Shown in pieces: positions 41,909-50,001 of a stretch of DNA of 64,000 nucleotides (the first letter of the stretch is position 1; every line of letters begins with the position of its first letter). The notes under the pieces were generated by a model. The model was not told the origin of the DNA, did not search any database, and saw only the letters and a list, made by a program, of their open reading frames with translations. Location: the NCBI GenBank assembly GCA_030149165.1, contig JASBRY010000007.1, forward strand, positions 31,433 through 95,432, given 5' to 3'. This stretch comes from Phycisphaerales bacterium (GTDB lineage: Bacteria; Planctomycetota; Phycisphaerae; Phycisphaerales; UBA1924). Both the position numbers and the translations under genes were made by a program.

Positions 41909-42448
41909 ATGCTCACACGCACAGCAATCGGAGCGATCGGACTCACCACGACCATCGCTGGGGCACAACTGGATCTCGGACTCTACGAGGGACAGTGGGA
42001 CAACACTACATTCGGATCATCAGGCGCCGCATCCATGCTGATCGAGAGTCTCGGAGGAGCCGACATCTCGATCACCGTCGATCTCGACGGCTTCGTCTTC
42101 GGCGGTGCCGATCCAGACCCCTTCGTCATCACAGGCACTGTCGGACCAATGGGTTTCACACCCGATCCATTCATGGATCCTGGATTCGGAACGATGTCCG
42201 GCGGCGTCGACGAAAACGGCAATGTCTCCATCGATCTCGCAGATGCCGCGGACGGAGACTTCTCTCTCGTCACACTGCGTGGAATCGCGATGGGTGATGC
42301 CGTAGAACTCGACTATGAGATCTTCCTGGCGAACAACCCAACCGCACCATTCGCGATCGGTGAGTTGAACATGTACCTCGTCCCATCACCAGGTGGTATG
42401 GCGCTCTTCGGCATTGGTGGACTGCTCATCGCTCGCCGCAAACGCTGA
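41909..42448 (+). CDS. PEP-CTERM sorting-domain protein
   Basis: A GGAGGG RBS is present. The signal peptide is MLTRTAIGAIGLTTTIAGAQ. The C-terminus is VPSPGGMALFGIGGLLIARRKR: a PEP-like motif, a TM segment and a basic tail. Confidence 0.8.
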   Translation: MLTRTAIGAIGLTTTIAGAQLDLGLYEGQWDNTTFGSSGAASMLIESLGGADISITVDLDGFVFGGADPDPFVITGTVGPMGFTPDPFMDPGFGTMSGGVDENGNVSIDLADAADGDFSLVTLRGIAMGDAVELDYEIFLANNPTAPFAIGELNMYLVPSPGGMALFGIGGLLIARRKR

Positions 42449-42481
42449 TAGACAAACAACTCTTTTGCTCTCTTGCACCGA

Positions 42482-42508
42482 AAGCCGTCTCTCTCAGACG
42501 GCTTTTTT
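42482..42508 (+). terminator. Rho-independent terminator after the PEP-CTERM gene
   Basis: A 9-bp stem (aagccgtct / agacggctt) with a 5-nt loop; the last two stem T's plus four more form a T6 run. Confidence 0.75.
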
Positions 42509-42955
42509 CGTAGCAAATATGGGATGATTCGAAAACCCAACCACACATTTGGAACCACTCGAAACACAATACGAATAGTGTGGTGTCATTCATAAACGGC
42601 CGTGAAGTTTGGTCGTGGGAGTTTGAGTTCTTCATTCTCCAAGACACGAAAAGAAAAACCAACTCTCGCCACGCCTGTGCTGTCCGTTTGTCTGCTCGGG
42701 AGTTAAGCCAAAGCTATCGGTGCGCTTCCGCCTCATCAAGCGCATCACAAGCAAGGGAGAGCTGTCACGGCGCATCCGTTCAAGCGCTTCACCAATCGGG
42801 GGTATGCGGAGGAGAGAGAGCGGGGGGAGCCGGCGAGGAAGTGTGCTGTTCGTGACTCCCAGCACACAGAGAAAGAGAGCCGGGTGGGAGAGAAAGGGTG
42901 GGGAGAGAGCGGGTTCCGTTTCGAGCGGTAGTTTGAGAGCTCGTGGGGAACCCAG

Positions 42956-42988
42956 AAGACGGGCGGTCTGTGCGGACGCCCGTCTTTT
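42956..42988 (+). terminator. Intrinsic-terminator-like hairpin closing a non-coding GA-rich segment
   Basis: A 10-bp stem (aagacgggcg / cgcccgtctt) with an 11-nt loop; the last two stem T's plus two more form a 4-T run (TTTT) before CG. No credible ORF ends here. Confidence 0.55.
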
Positions 42989-43044
42989 CGTGCGCTGACA
43001 CTCAAAATCCAGTATCATCGAGCTCTACTCGAAGGGAGCACTGA

Positions 43045-43170
43045 ATGGAACCAGCATTTCTCGCCGTCATCATCGGATGCGTTGTTGCCATAGGAGCAGG
43101 AGTATTTGTAGCCATCCAAGGCTCAAAGCAAGCCAAGAACAAACATGATGACAACGCCAACGCTGAGTAG
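43045..43170 (+). CDS. Candidate 41-aa small membrane peptide
   Basis: An AAGGGAG lies 6 nt upstream of the ATG. My translation is MEPAFLAVIIGCVVAIGAGVFVAIQGSKQAKNKHDDNANAE: one TM helix and a charged tail. It is below the ORF-track length cutoff. Confidence 0.4.
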   Translation: MEPAFLAVIIGCVVAIGAGVFVAIQGSKQAKNKHDDNANAE

Positions 43171-43190
43171 TCTTTCGATCAAATAGCAAC

Positions 43191-43826
43191 TCACTCCCGC
43201 CGTCTTCTTCCCACGCTCATCGAAGCGATGCACAAGCAGCCCAGCCCACCCGGAGCCGGGACCGCTACGCCCGCGACATGCTGCGTGTAGAAGGTGAATG
43301 TGCTGCCCTCCTCGAAATACGCCTCAGCGATCCCGTCGGAGTCCTGGAAGTTCTCGTAGAACTCGATACGCATCGAATACTGCTCGTACCCAAAGTCGAT
43401 GGTATTGCCGAGTTCATCGAGCGGGATGATCCCATTGATCGTTTGGTTGTCTACCGGACTGGTGTACTCGGGGGCAAAGTTGAAGTCGACCTCGTCGCCA
43501 AGATTGATCGATGCATCCGCACCCCAGCTCGGCTCGATCGTCGTCAGCACAAGGTTGTACTCAAAGCTGAGCAGCGTGTTCGCGCTGGGATCAGGCGGGT
43601 TGCCCTTGGGGTCTTTGGGAATATGGAAGAGCGTAAGAAAGTCATTGTCCGGATCACCAAGCGCATCGATCATCCGGATCCCCGAAACATCGACCTCAGT
43701 GGACCAAATTCCAGACGCGAGCTGAACACTCGATACTCGCTCGAGCAGCTCGTCCGATTCAAACACTGATCCCGAAGCAAGTGCCGATGAGATCGCGAGT
43801 AAAGAAGCCGACAAAACAGATTTCAT
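43191..43826 (-). CDS. PEP-CTERM sorting-domain protein
   Basis: I placed the start at MKSVLSASLLAISSALASG, a signal peptide. The C-terminus is VPAPGGLGCLCIASMSVGRRRRE. The ORF is open in frame for a further 143 codons upstream, to 44255; see findings. Confidence 0.7.
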   Translation of the reverse strand: MKSVLSASLLAISSALASGSVFESDELLERVSSVQLASGIWSTEVDVSGIRMIDALGDPDNDFLTLFHIPKDPKGNPPDPSANTLLSFEYNLVLTTIEPSWGADASINLGDEVDFNFAPEYTSPVDNQTINGIIPLDELGNTIDFGYEQYSMRIEFYENFQDSDGIAEAYFEEGSTFTFYTQHVAGVAVPAPGGLGCLCIASMSVGRRRRE

Positions 43827-44351
43827 AATGATCGCCCCATGGTTTCCGTATATCGATGTAGAGACTATACAAGATTCATGGCAGGTCGTAAAGACAAAAA
43901 TATCAAGCGAGTGATCTGCACACACCCGCTCGTTCCTGAATGGCGGGAATCTATTTTCGCCTCCCATGCGCTTCGAGGTCCACCCCGACGGCCGCGTGAT
44001 CGTGCAGAATGTGCCGGTATCGGGAACGACCCCGATCATCTCGCTGAACACAGTGTCGTTTATTGTGGAGTGATTAATCGCGCCCGACCATCTGATGGCG
44101 ATTGAATCATCATCGAGTTCTGATATCAGATCATGCATCGAGGCCGCTCGTACAAGCACCAGTGTGTTCAGATTGTGCTTGAGTAAGATTGGGTACATCT
44201 TGGAGATCAACCACAAGGATTCGCTGGGGGGTATCGAAGCAATTAGCGATTCCAAGGCAAGGTGCTGGTCAGCTTAGTCTAATATTGCAAATAACTTTCT
44301 AATATTCAGCGAAGACATCTAGCTTTCGGTATCCGATCTTGTTTTAAGTTT

Positions 44352-45341
44352 CTACCATGGTAATCTGTTGCCATCCAAGTCATGTGAGAAAATATCATCA
44401 ATTTCGGAAGAGAGATGGCTTAGTGTATTTCTTTTATCGTTGAGATAATGCCAAAATACTGCCGCATCTCTCTCTGACATCTCGCCAGTTGTAAAATCAA
44501 GAAGCCTTTGGGTCGCATAGTCAAAGTCACTCAATTCGTGAACAAGTACTGTGCAGTTTTCTATGTTTAAAAATCTGGATGAGGCATGTTCTCGTATTTT
44601 TTCGCTAAGACTCTTCATTAATTCGAGGTGGATTCTCACATATTCAGTATTCTTGTTTCTTGTCCCCTCAGCAATCTTTGTGCAGAAGTACGATGTACAG
44701 TTGAACAGTGATAGCATTTTTGAGTCCTTGAATTTTTCTTTGTATTTGTAGTCGTCAGCCATTAGTTCTATACTCAATTTTTTGAGCAACGCTGTTAGTT
44801 CCTTTGACTGTATGCGTATTAGTTCTGGTACGGAAACATTTTCAAACACAACACCGTCCTTGTTTGTGATCATGATCGTCATCCCGTCGTTTGATATAGT
44901 GGGGCGTGAAATGTGACCTGCTGGTTTCGCATTTCCAGAGTTGTAATCTGATGGGTGCCCAATAGATCTATTTCGTAGATTTCTGATTCTATGTAATTTA
45001 GGGTGATCTGTTTCCCACTTGCCTTGAAAGAGTGGGTGTCCCAATGCGGTAGCTAGAGATTTGCATGCATCTTGCTGGACAAAGAGGGCTTGTAAAATGC
45101 CGTACAAATGTAGCAGTTGCCCCTGCCAAAGAGGCGGTTTGCTTCCGTTGAGGAACGAGTCTGCTACTCCGCATATGTCCTCAATTGCATCTAGTGCCGC
45201 GCAAATATGGAGCCAGCCTTCATGATTCGAGAGAAGTTTAGATTGCAGCGGATTCTCGTTGATTGAATCTCGGATGTGCTGTGCGGCATTGTACAGCGAT
45301 TGGATTTCATTTGAGATCTCAGATGTAGAATCTGCTACCAC
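44352..45341 (-). CDS. Orphan protein encoded on a low-GC island, with HEPN-like R-x5-H motif (function unknown)
   Basis: 329-codon ORF. Hand counts on four 60-nt lines gave 33-52 % GC, against 63 % for a 60-nt line (45361-45420) in the adjacent mutase gene. The GTG start at 45341 overlaps the mutase stop. The motif [14 protein letters not shown] lies at 44955..44975. Confidence 0.65.
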   Translation of the reverse strand: MVADSTSEISNEIQSLYNAAQHIRDSINENPLQSKLLSNHEGWLHICAALDAIEDICGVADSFLNGSKPPLWQGQLLHLYGILQALFVQQDACKSLATALGHPLFQGKWETDHPKLHRIRNLRNRSIGHPSDYNSGNAKPAGHISRPTISNDGMTIMITNKDGVVFENVSVPELIRIQSKELTALLKKLSIELMADDYKYKEKFKDSKMLSLFNCTSYFCTKIAEGTRNKNTEYVRIHLELMKSLSEKIREHASSRFLNIENCTVLVHELSDFDYATQRLLDFTTGEMSERDAAVFWHYLNDKRNTLSHLSSEIDDIFSHDLDGNRLPW

Positions 45342-47047
45342 TCCGGCCCCCCGGTATACCGCCCATAAATATCCGCCATCGCCTGCACCATCTCGCCGAG
45401 TGTGCAGTTGGCCAGCGCCCCCTCAACCAGAGCCGGCATCACATTCTTGTTCGCTCGCGCATCCTCGCGGATGGTTTCGAGTGCGGCTTCGACCGCCGCG
45501 TCGTCACGCCGTGACTTGAACTCCGCGAGCCGTTCGTTCTGGACGCGTTCGACCTCCTCCGAGATCGTGAGGATATCGATCGGACGCTCCTCGTTGTCGT
45601 CCGTGTACTGGTTGACCCCAACGATGATCCGATCCCCGGCCTCGCACTCCTCGCTAAACCGGTAACTCGCCTCTGCGATCTGACGACGGAAGTACCCCTT
45701 GTGAATGCCGTTGACCGCGCCGCCCTCATCGATGCTCGAGGTCGTCGCGTGCTCAGGTTTCCAAGGGCCGCGCCCCATGTTGTCGATCTCCTCGATATAC
45801 GCGAGCGCCTCCGCTTCGATCTTGTCCGTGAGCTCCTCGATGAAGTACGAACCACCCAGCGGATCGACGGTGCGTGTGACCCCAGTCTCGTGCGCGAGGA
45901 TCTGCTGCGTGCGCAGCGCCACTGTCACGGCTTGCTCCGTCGGAAGCCCAAGAGTCTCGTCCATCGAATCGGTGTGCAGCGACTGGCACCCACCAAGCAC
46001 CCCAGCCATCGCTTGATACGCGACGCGGACAATGTTGTTGAGGGGTTGCTGCTCAGTGAGCGAGCATCCAGCGGTCTGGACATGCGTCTTCATGTACCAC
46101 GAGCGTTCGTTCTTCGCGCCGTAGCGATCCCGCATCATCCGCGCCCAGATCCGACGAGCGGCGCGGAGCTTGCAGATCTCCTCGAAGAACTCGTTGTGAG
46201 CATTAAAGAAGAACGACAGACGCGGTGCGAACTGATCGATATCCATCCCGCGAAGCAGACACGCCTCGACATACTCCATCCCGTCACGCAGTGTGAACGC
46301 GAGCTCCTGAGGAGCCGACGATCCCGCTTCGCGGATGTGGTATCCGGAGATCGAAACACTGTTCCATTTCGGTAGATGCTGCGACTGGAACTCGATCGTG
46401 TCCACGACCAGCTTGGTCGACGCCTCAGGCGGATAGATGAACTCGTTCTGCGCGTGGAACTCTTTGAGGATGTCGTTCTGGAGCGTCCCGCCGAGCGTGT
46501 CCCATCCGATGTTGCGTTGCTTTGCCATCGCGAGGTACATCGCCCAGATCACACACGCCGGGCCGTTGATCGTCTGCGAGACCGTCACCTGATCGATCGG
46601 GATGTCCGCGTACAAGCGATGCATGTCCTCGATCGTGTCAATCGCGACGCCGCACTTGCCGACCTCACCGATCGAGAGCATGTCGTCCGAGTCGCGTCCC
46701 ATCAGAGTGGGGAGGTCGAACGCGGTCGAGAGACCAGTGTTCGCTTTCGTCGAAGTTTTCGCGGCTTCGAGTAGGTACTTGAATCGCTGATTCGTGTCGT
46801 CCGCTGAACCAAATCCAGCAAACTGACGCATCGTCCACAAGCGTGTGCGATATCCCTGCGGGAACAAGCCGCGCGTGTATGGGAACTCGCCGGGATCGTT
46901 GATGTCACGCTCGAAGTTCTGCAGCGATTCCGGGAGATCTGCAGGCGTGTAGCTCGGATTCAGCACGATGCCGGAGATCGTGACCGCATGCGGGTCGATC
47001 GAAGCATTATCAAGTCCAGGGCCGGTAATCGATGTGGTGTGTGTCAT
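45335..47047 (-). CDS. Methylmalonyl-CoA mutase family protein (acyl-CoA mutase large subunit, substrate-binding domain only)
   Basis: [36 protein letters not shown] and [13 protein letters not shown] are present. At 570 aa it has no B12-binding domain attached. Confidence 0.93.
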   Translation of the reverse strand: MTHTTSITGPGLDNASIDPHAVTISGIVLNPSYTPADLPESLQNFERDINDPGEFPYTRGLFPQGYRTRLWTMRQFAGFGSADDTNQRFKYLLEAAKTSTKANTGLSTAFDLPTLMGRDSDDMLSIGEVGKCGVAIDTIEDMHRLYADIPIDQVTVSQTINGPACVIWAMYLAMAKQRNIGWDTLGGTLQNDILKEFHAQNEFIYPPEASTKLVVDTIEFQSQHLPKWNSVSISGYHIREAGSSAPQELAFTLRDGMEYVEACLLRGMDIDQFAPRLSFFFNAHNEFFEEICKLRAARRIWARMMRDRYGAKNERSWYMKTHVQTAGCSLTEQQPLNNIVRVAYQAMAGVLGGCQSLHTDSMDETLGLPTEQAVTVALRTQQILAHETGVTRTVDPLGGSYFIEELTDKIEAEALAYIEEIDNMGRGPWKPEHATTSSIDEGGAVNGIHKGYFRRQIAEASYRFSEECEAGDRIIVGVNQYTDDNEERPIDILTISEEVERVQNERLAEFKSRRDDAAVEAALETIREDARANKNVMPALVEGALANCTLGEMVQAMADIYGRYTGGPEW

Positions 47048-47254
47048 GACGAACTTCCATTCAAAGGGGTGTCGCCAATTATATGCGGCTACACGCTCTC
47101 GGCACTATTTACAATGCCGTGGGTGTATTTGGGGATTATGAGACTACATTTGGGGATCTACTTGTGTTCTTTCCCGTATTGCTGTACATTCAAGATTGGC
47201 AAACATTCGTTTGCAATGGGTTTCACCAAACTCGTGGGTACACAGGAGTTCATC

Positions 47255-48595
47255 ATGCACGCAACCGCTTATTCCGCGTTGCTGCTCGCTGTCCTTTCAG
47301 GATCCGCCGCAGCGAACTCTGACCCCATCAAGCTCGATCCCACCGCCGCGAACATCCACCACGCCGGACACATCTACTTCAACATCGCAACCGGCGAAAA
47401 GATCACCACGATCATTGATACTGGGGATTTCCAATCACCAGCTGGTGCCACTGCTGGACGCGAAATCTGGATCGCCGACACCGGTGCTCAGTGTGCTGAC
47501 CAAGGGTTCTCGACTGAGTATTTCTTTGGTCTTGATGATCCATATCTTTCTTCTCCCAATACCTTGGGATCTGTGTGCTTTGACTGGGGTGATATCGCCC
47601 CAGACACGGTCGTCGATATGGTGCAGGTGCACTGGGTCTCGGATCATGCCGACACAGACACCGACTCCGACAGCATCGCCGACGGCATCGAAGGGTTCGC
47701 AGCTACATGGACATACTGGGATGCCATGAACGGGAGATCACCCCAGTTGGACTGTATTGCATTAACACTTATTCAGTTCCGACTAGAGAATCTGCCCGGT
47801 GAGTATCCAGAAGATACGGCAGCTTTGTCGATGTGGACCGCTGATATTGATCTTGGCGCATCGTTCGGCAGTTCCCTGACCTTTGAGATCGGTGACACAG
47901 ACTCTGACTTACAAGGCGCCAGTGTGCATAACCCTCGACTTGATCTCAATGACTTTGATTCAGATTCAATCAGTGATCTTGATCCAGACAATGATGGGCT
48001 CGCGGATTGGGGGTGGTCGATCCAGTTCATTCAACCAGGAGTTGTGGATCTTGACAACGCTGATGGTGATGATGACATCCATACGGGTCGTGATGGTGAT
48101 CTCGCCGCTCTTGCGACAGCGGGAATAGTCTTCGGATCACCGACTCCAGGACACGCGGAGTTGGACTCCGCCGGTGACTGGGTTTGGGTTGCTGACGGCC
48201 CAACTGCAGGTGTCACCGAAGACGCATTCGCTCTGGCTACCACTGATAACCCAGACGGCTCAGGTCCCATGACCATCGCAGGCACATTCTTCTTCGGAGG
48301 ACTCAACTGCGTTGCTGACCCCACCACAAGTCAATACACACCAGCCGCTCATTTCCAGGCTGTGCTCTATGGCGGGGAGTGCGTTTGCATCGTGGACTTC
48401 GCTGGTAACCCAGACGGAAGTCCCGACGGCCAACTCAACTTTCTCGACGTCTCAGCATTCTTAGCTGCGTTCGCACAACAAGACCCCGCCGCAGACTTCG
48501 CGGGAAATCCCGACGGCTCACCAGATGGTTTGTTCAACTTTGCAGATATCTCGAGTTATCTCGCCGAGTTCTCTGCAGGCTGTCCAGGGTGCTGA
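47255..48595 (+). CDS. Secreted Asp-rich protein, paralog A, with C-terminal dockerin-like module ending GCPGC
   Basis: An AGGAG lies 6 nt before the ATG at 47255. The signal peptide is MHATAYSALLLAVLSGSAAA. Conserved blocks are HHAGHIYFNIATGEK, VHWVSDHADTDTDSDSIADG and DNDGLADWGWSIQFIQPG. The tail is DFAGNPDGSPDGQLNFLDVSAFL...NFADISSYLAEFSAGCPGC. Confidence 0.85.
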   Translation: MHATAYSALLLAVLSGSAAANSDPIKLDPTAANIHHAGHIYFNIATGEKITTIIDTGDFQSPAGATAGREIWIADTGAQCADQGFSTEYFFGLDDPYLSSPNTLGSVCFDWGDIAPDTVVDMVQVHWVSDHADTDTDSDSIADGIEGFAATWTYWDAMNGRSPQLDCIALTLIQFRLENLPGEYPEDTAALSMWTADIDLGASFGSSLTFEIGDTDSDLQGASVHNPRLDLNDFDSDSISDLDPDNDGLADWGWSIQFIQPGVVDLDNADGDDDIHTGRDGDLAALATAGIVFGSPTPGHAELDSAGDWVWVADGPTAGVTEDAFALATTDNPDGSGPMTIAGTFFFGGLNCVADPTTSQYTPAAHFQAVLYGGECVCIVDFAGNPDGSPDGQLNFLDVSAFLAAFAQQDPAADFAGNPDGSPDGLFNFADISSYLAEFSAGCPGC

Positions 48596-48632
48596 ATCAG
48601 ACCCAATCGATTCCATATGAAAGGTCATTGAT

Positions 48633-49985
48633 ATGAATACCAGCAAAGTCATTCCGCTCGCTCTCGTTGCGTTAACCGGCTCCGTCGCCTCTGCAACAGA
48701 ACCCACCCAACTCGACCCCAAAGCTACCACCATCCGCCACGCCGGACACATCTACTACAACATCGCGACGGGTGAGAAGATCACTACGCTGATCGATTCT
48801 GGTGATCTGCAATCACCCGCCGATGCCACGCTTGGGCGCGAGATTTGGATCGCCGACACCGGGAACCCCTGCGCGGATCAAGGCTACTCATCAAGCTACT
48901 TCTACGCTCTAGATGATCCCGATGGGACCACCTCACTTTCTCTAAATGCCATCATGGTTGATTGGGGTGATATCCCGTTCAACACCGTTGTTGATTGTGT
49001 GCAAATCCATTGGGTGACTGATCACCAAGACACCGATACCGATTCAGACTCGCAACCTGACGGCGTATGGGGTCTGGGGGGCACATGGACCTATTGGGAT
49101 AGCTGTAACGGGAGATCTCCACTTGTCGAATGTGTGAGCATGCCGATTATCCAGTTCAAGTTCTCGTCATTGCTTGGCGAGTTCCCTTCTGATCCCAATA
49201 CGCTGACGAAATGGACCGCAGACATTGATCTTGCGATGGACTTTGCTTCATCGTTAACTTTTGAAATTGGAGACAATGACAGCGATCCACAGGGAGCCGC
49301 TGTATATAACCCGCGATCGGATCTCAACGATGCCGATTCAAACTCAGTCCCTGACATCGACATCGATCAAGACAACCTCGCAGACTGGTGTTGGTCAGTT
49401 CAGTTTGTCCAGCCGGGCACAATTGATCTTGATGATGCCGATGGGGATGATGATACATCGACCGGAATCGATGGTGACCCAACGGCGCTTGCAACAATTG
49501 GTATCGCATTTGGATCACCAACCCCAGGACATGCCGAGATCGATAGCATGGGAGATTGGCGTTGGATACCTGATAGTTTCACTGGTCCGACAGAAGATGC
49601 ATTCACTCTTGGGAGCACTCAAAATCCTGATGGATCAGGTGTGTTTATTCCCGCAGGCTCATTCGATTTCGGAGGTCTCAACTGCACCCCCGGACAGCCC
49701 GACGGCTACACACCAGCCGCCCACTTCCAAACAGTCCTTTACGGCCCATCAAGCCCGTGCGGGATCAGTTGCCCCTGGGATCTACCAAGCGAATCAAATC
49801 CAGGTGAATGCAACGGCGGGGATGGTCAACTGAACTTCATCGACATATCCAACTTCTTGTCGTTGTTCGCGGATGGAAACTTACTCGTGGACTTTGCCGG
49901 AAATCCAGACGGTTCGTCGGACGGCCAACTCAACTTCCTCGATGTCTCCGCATTCCTTTCAGGTTTCGCACAGGGATGCCCATAA
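48633..49985 (+). CDS. Secreted Asp-rich protein, paralog B, with C-terminal dockerin-like module ending GCP
   Basis: The signal peptide is MNTSKVIPLALVALTGSVASA. It has the same conserved blocks as paralog A (RHAGHIYYNIATGEK, IHWVTDHQDTDTDSDSQPDG). The tail ends ...NFLDVSAFLSGFAQGCP. Confidence 0.85.
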   Translation: MNTSKVIPLALVALTGSVASATEPTQLDPKATTIRHAGHIYYNIATGEKITTLIDSGDLQSPADATLGREIWIADTGNPCADQGYSSSYFYALDDPDGTTSLSLNAIMVDWGDIPFNTVVDCVQIHWVTDHQDTDTDSDSQPDGVWGLGGTWTYWDSCNGRSPLVECVSMPIIQFKFSSLLGEFPSDPNTLTKWTADIDLAMDFASSLTFEIGDNDSDPQGAAVYNPRSDLNDADSNSVPDIDIDQDNLADWCWSVQFVQPGTIDLDDADGDDDTSTGIDGDPTALATIGIAFGSPTPGHAEIDSMGDWRWIPDSFTGPTEDAFTLGSTQNPDGSGVFIPAGSFDFGGLNCTPGQPDGYTPAAHFQTVLYGPSSPCGISCPWDLPSESNPGECNGGDGQLNFIDISNFLSLFADGNLLVDFAGNPDGSSDGQLNFLDVSAFLSGFAQGCP

Positions 49986-50001
49986 ATAGAAGGTACATAC
50001 C

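Noticed and set aside
42560-42990. I tested the GA-rich non-coding segment by eye against RNase P RNA, SRP/4.5S RNA, 6S RNA, tmRNA and common riboswitch cores.
   Set aside because: None of the conserved cores is present (for example GGAAAGUCCGG of RNase P, or GGUCCGGAAGGAAGCAGCC of SRP). I keep it only as an unassigned candidate RNA in the findings.
43141-43170. The sequence encoding NKHDDNANAE plus a stop looked like a tmRNA tag-peptide reading frame.
   Set aside because: - There is no tRNA-like acceptor/T-arm sequence and no GGGGCUGA-type 5' end nearby.
- The tag does not end in the usual hydrophobic (L/V)AA.
- The frame is continuous with an RBS-led 41-codon ORF.
47196-47217. TTGGCAAACATTCGTTTGCAA upstream of paralog A looked like a sigma-54 promoter (TGGCA...TTGCA), and also like an inverted repeat.
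   Set aside because: The GG-to-GC spacing is 13 nt instead of the invariant 10 nt. As an inverted repeat it is only 6 bp perfect, or 8 bp with a bulge.
46988-47254. The upstream extension of the paralog A ORF in the track ([10 protein letters not shown]...).
   Set aside because: An AGGAG RBS followed by ATG 47255 and a clean signal peptide marks the real start. The extension overlaps the mutase start region and is not conserved in paralogs B-D.
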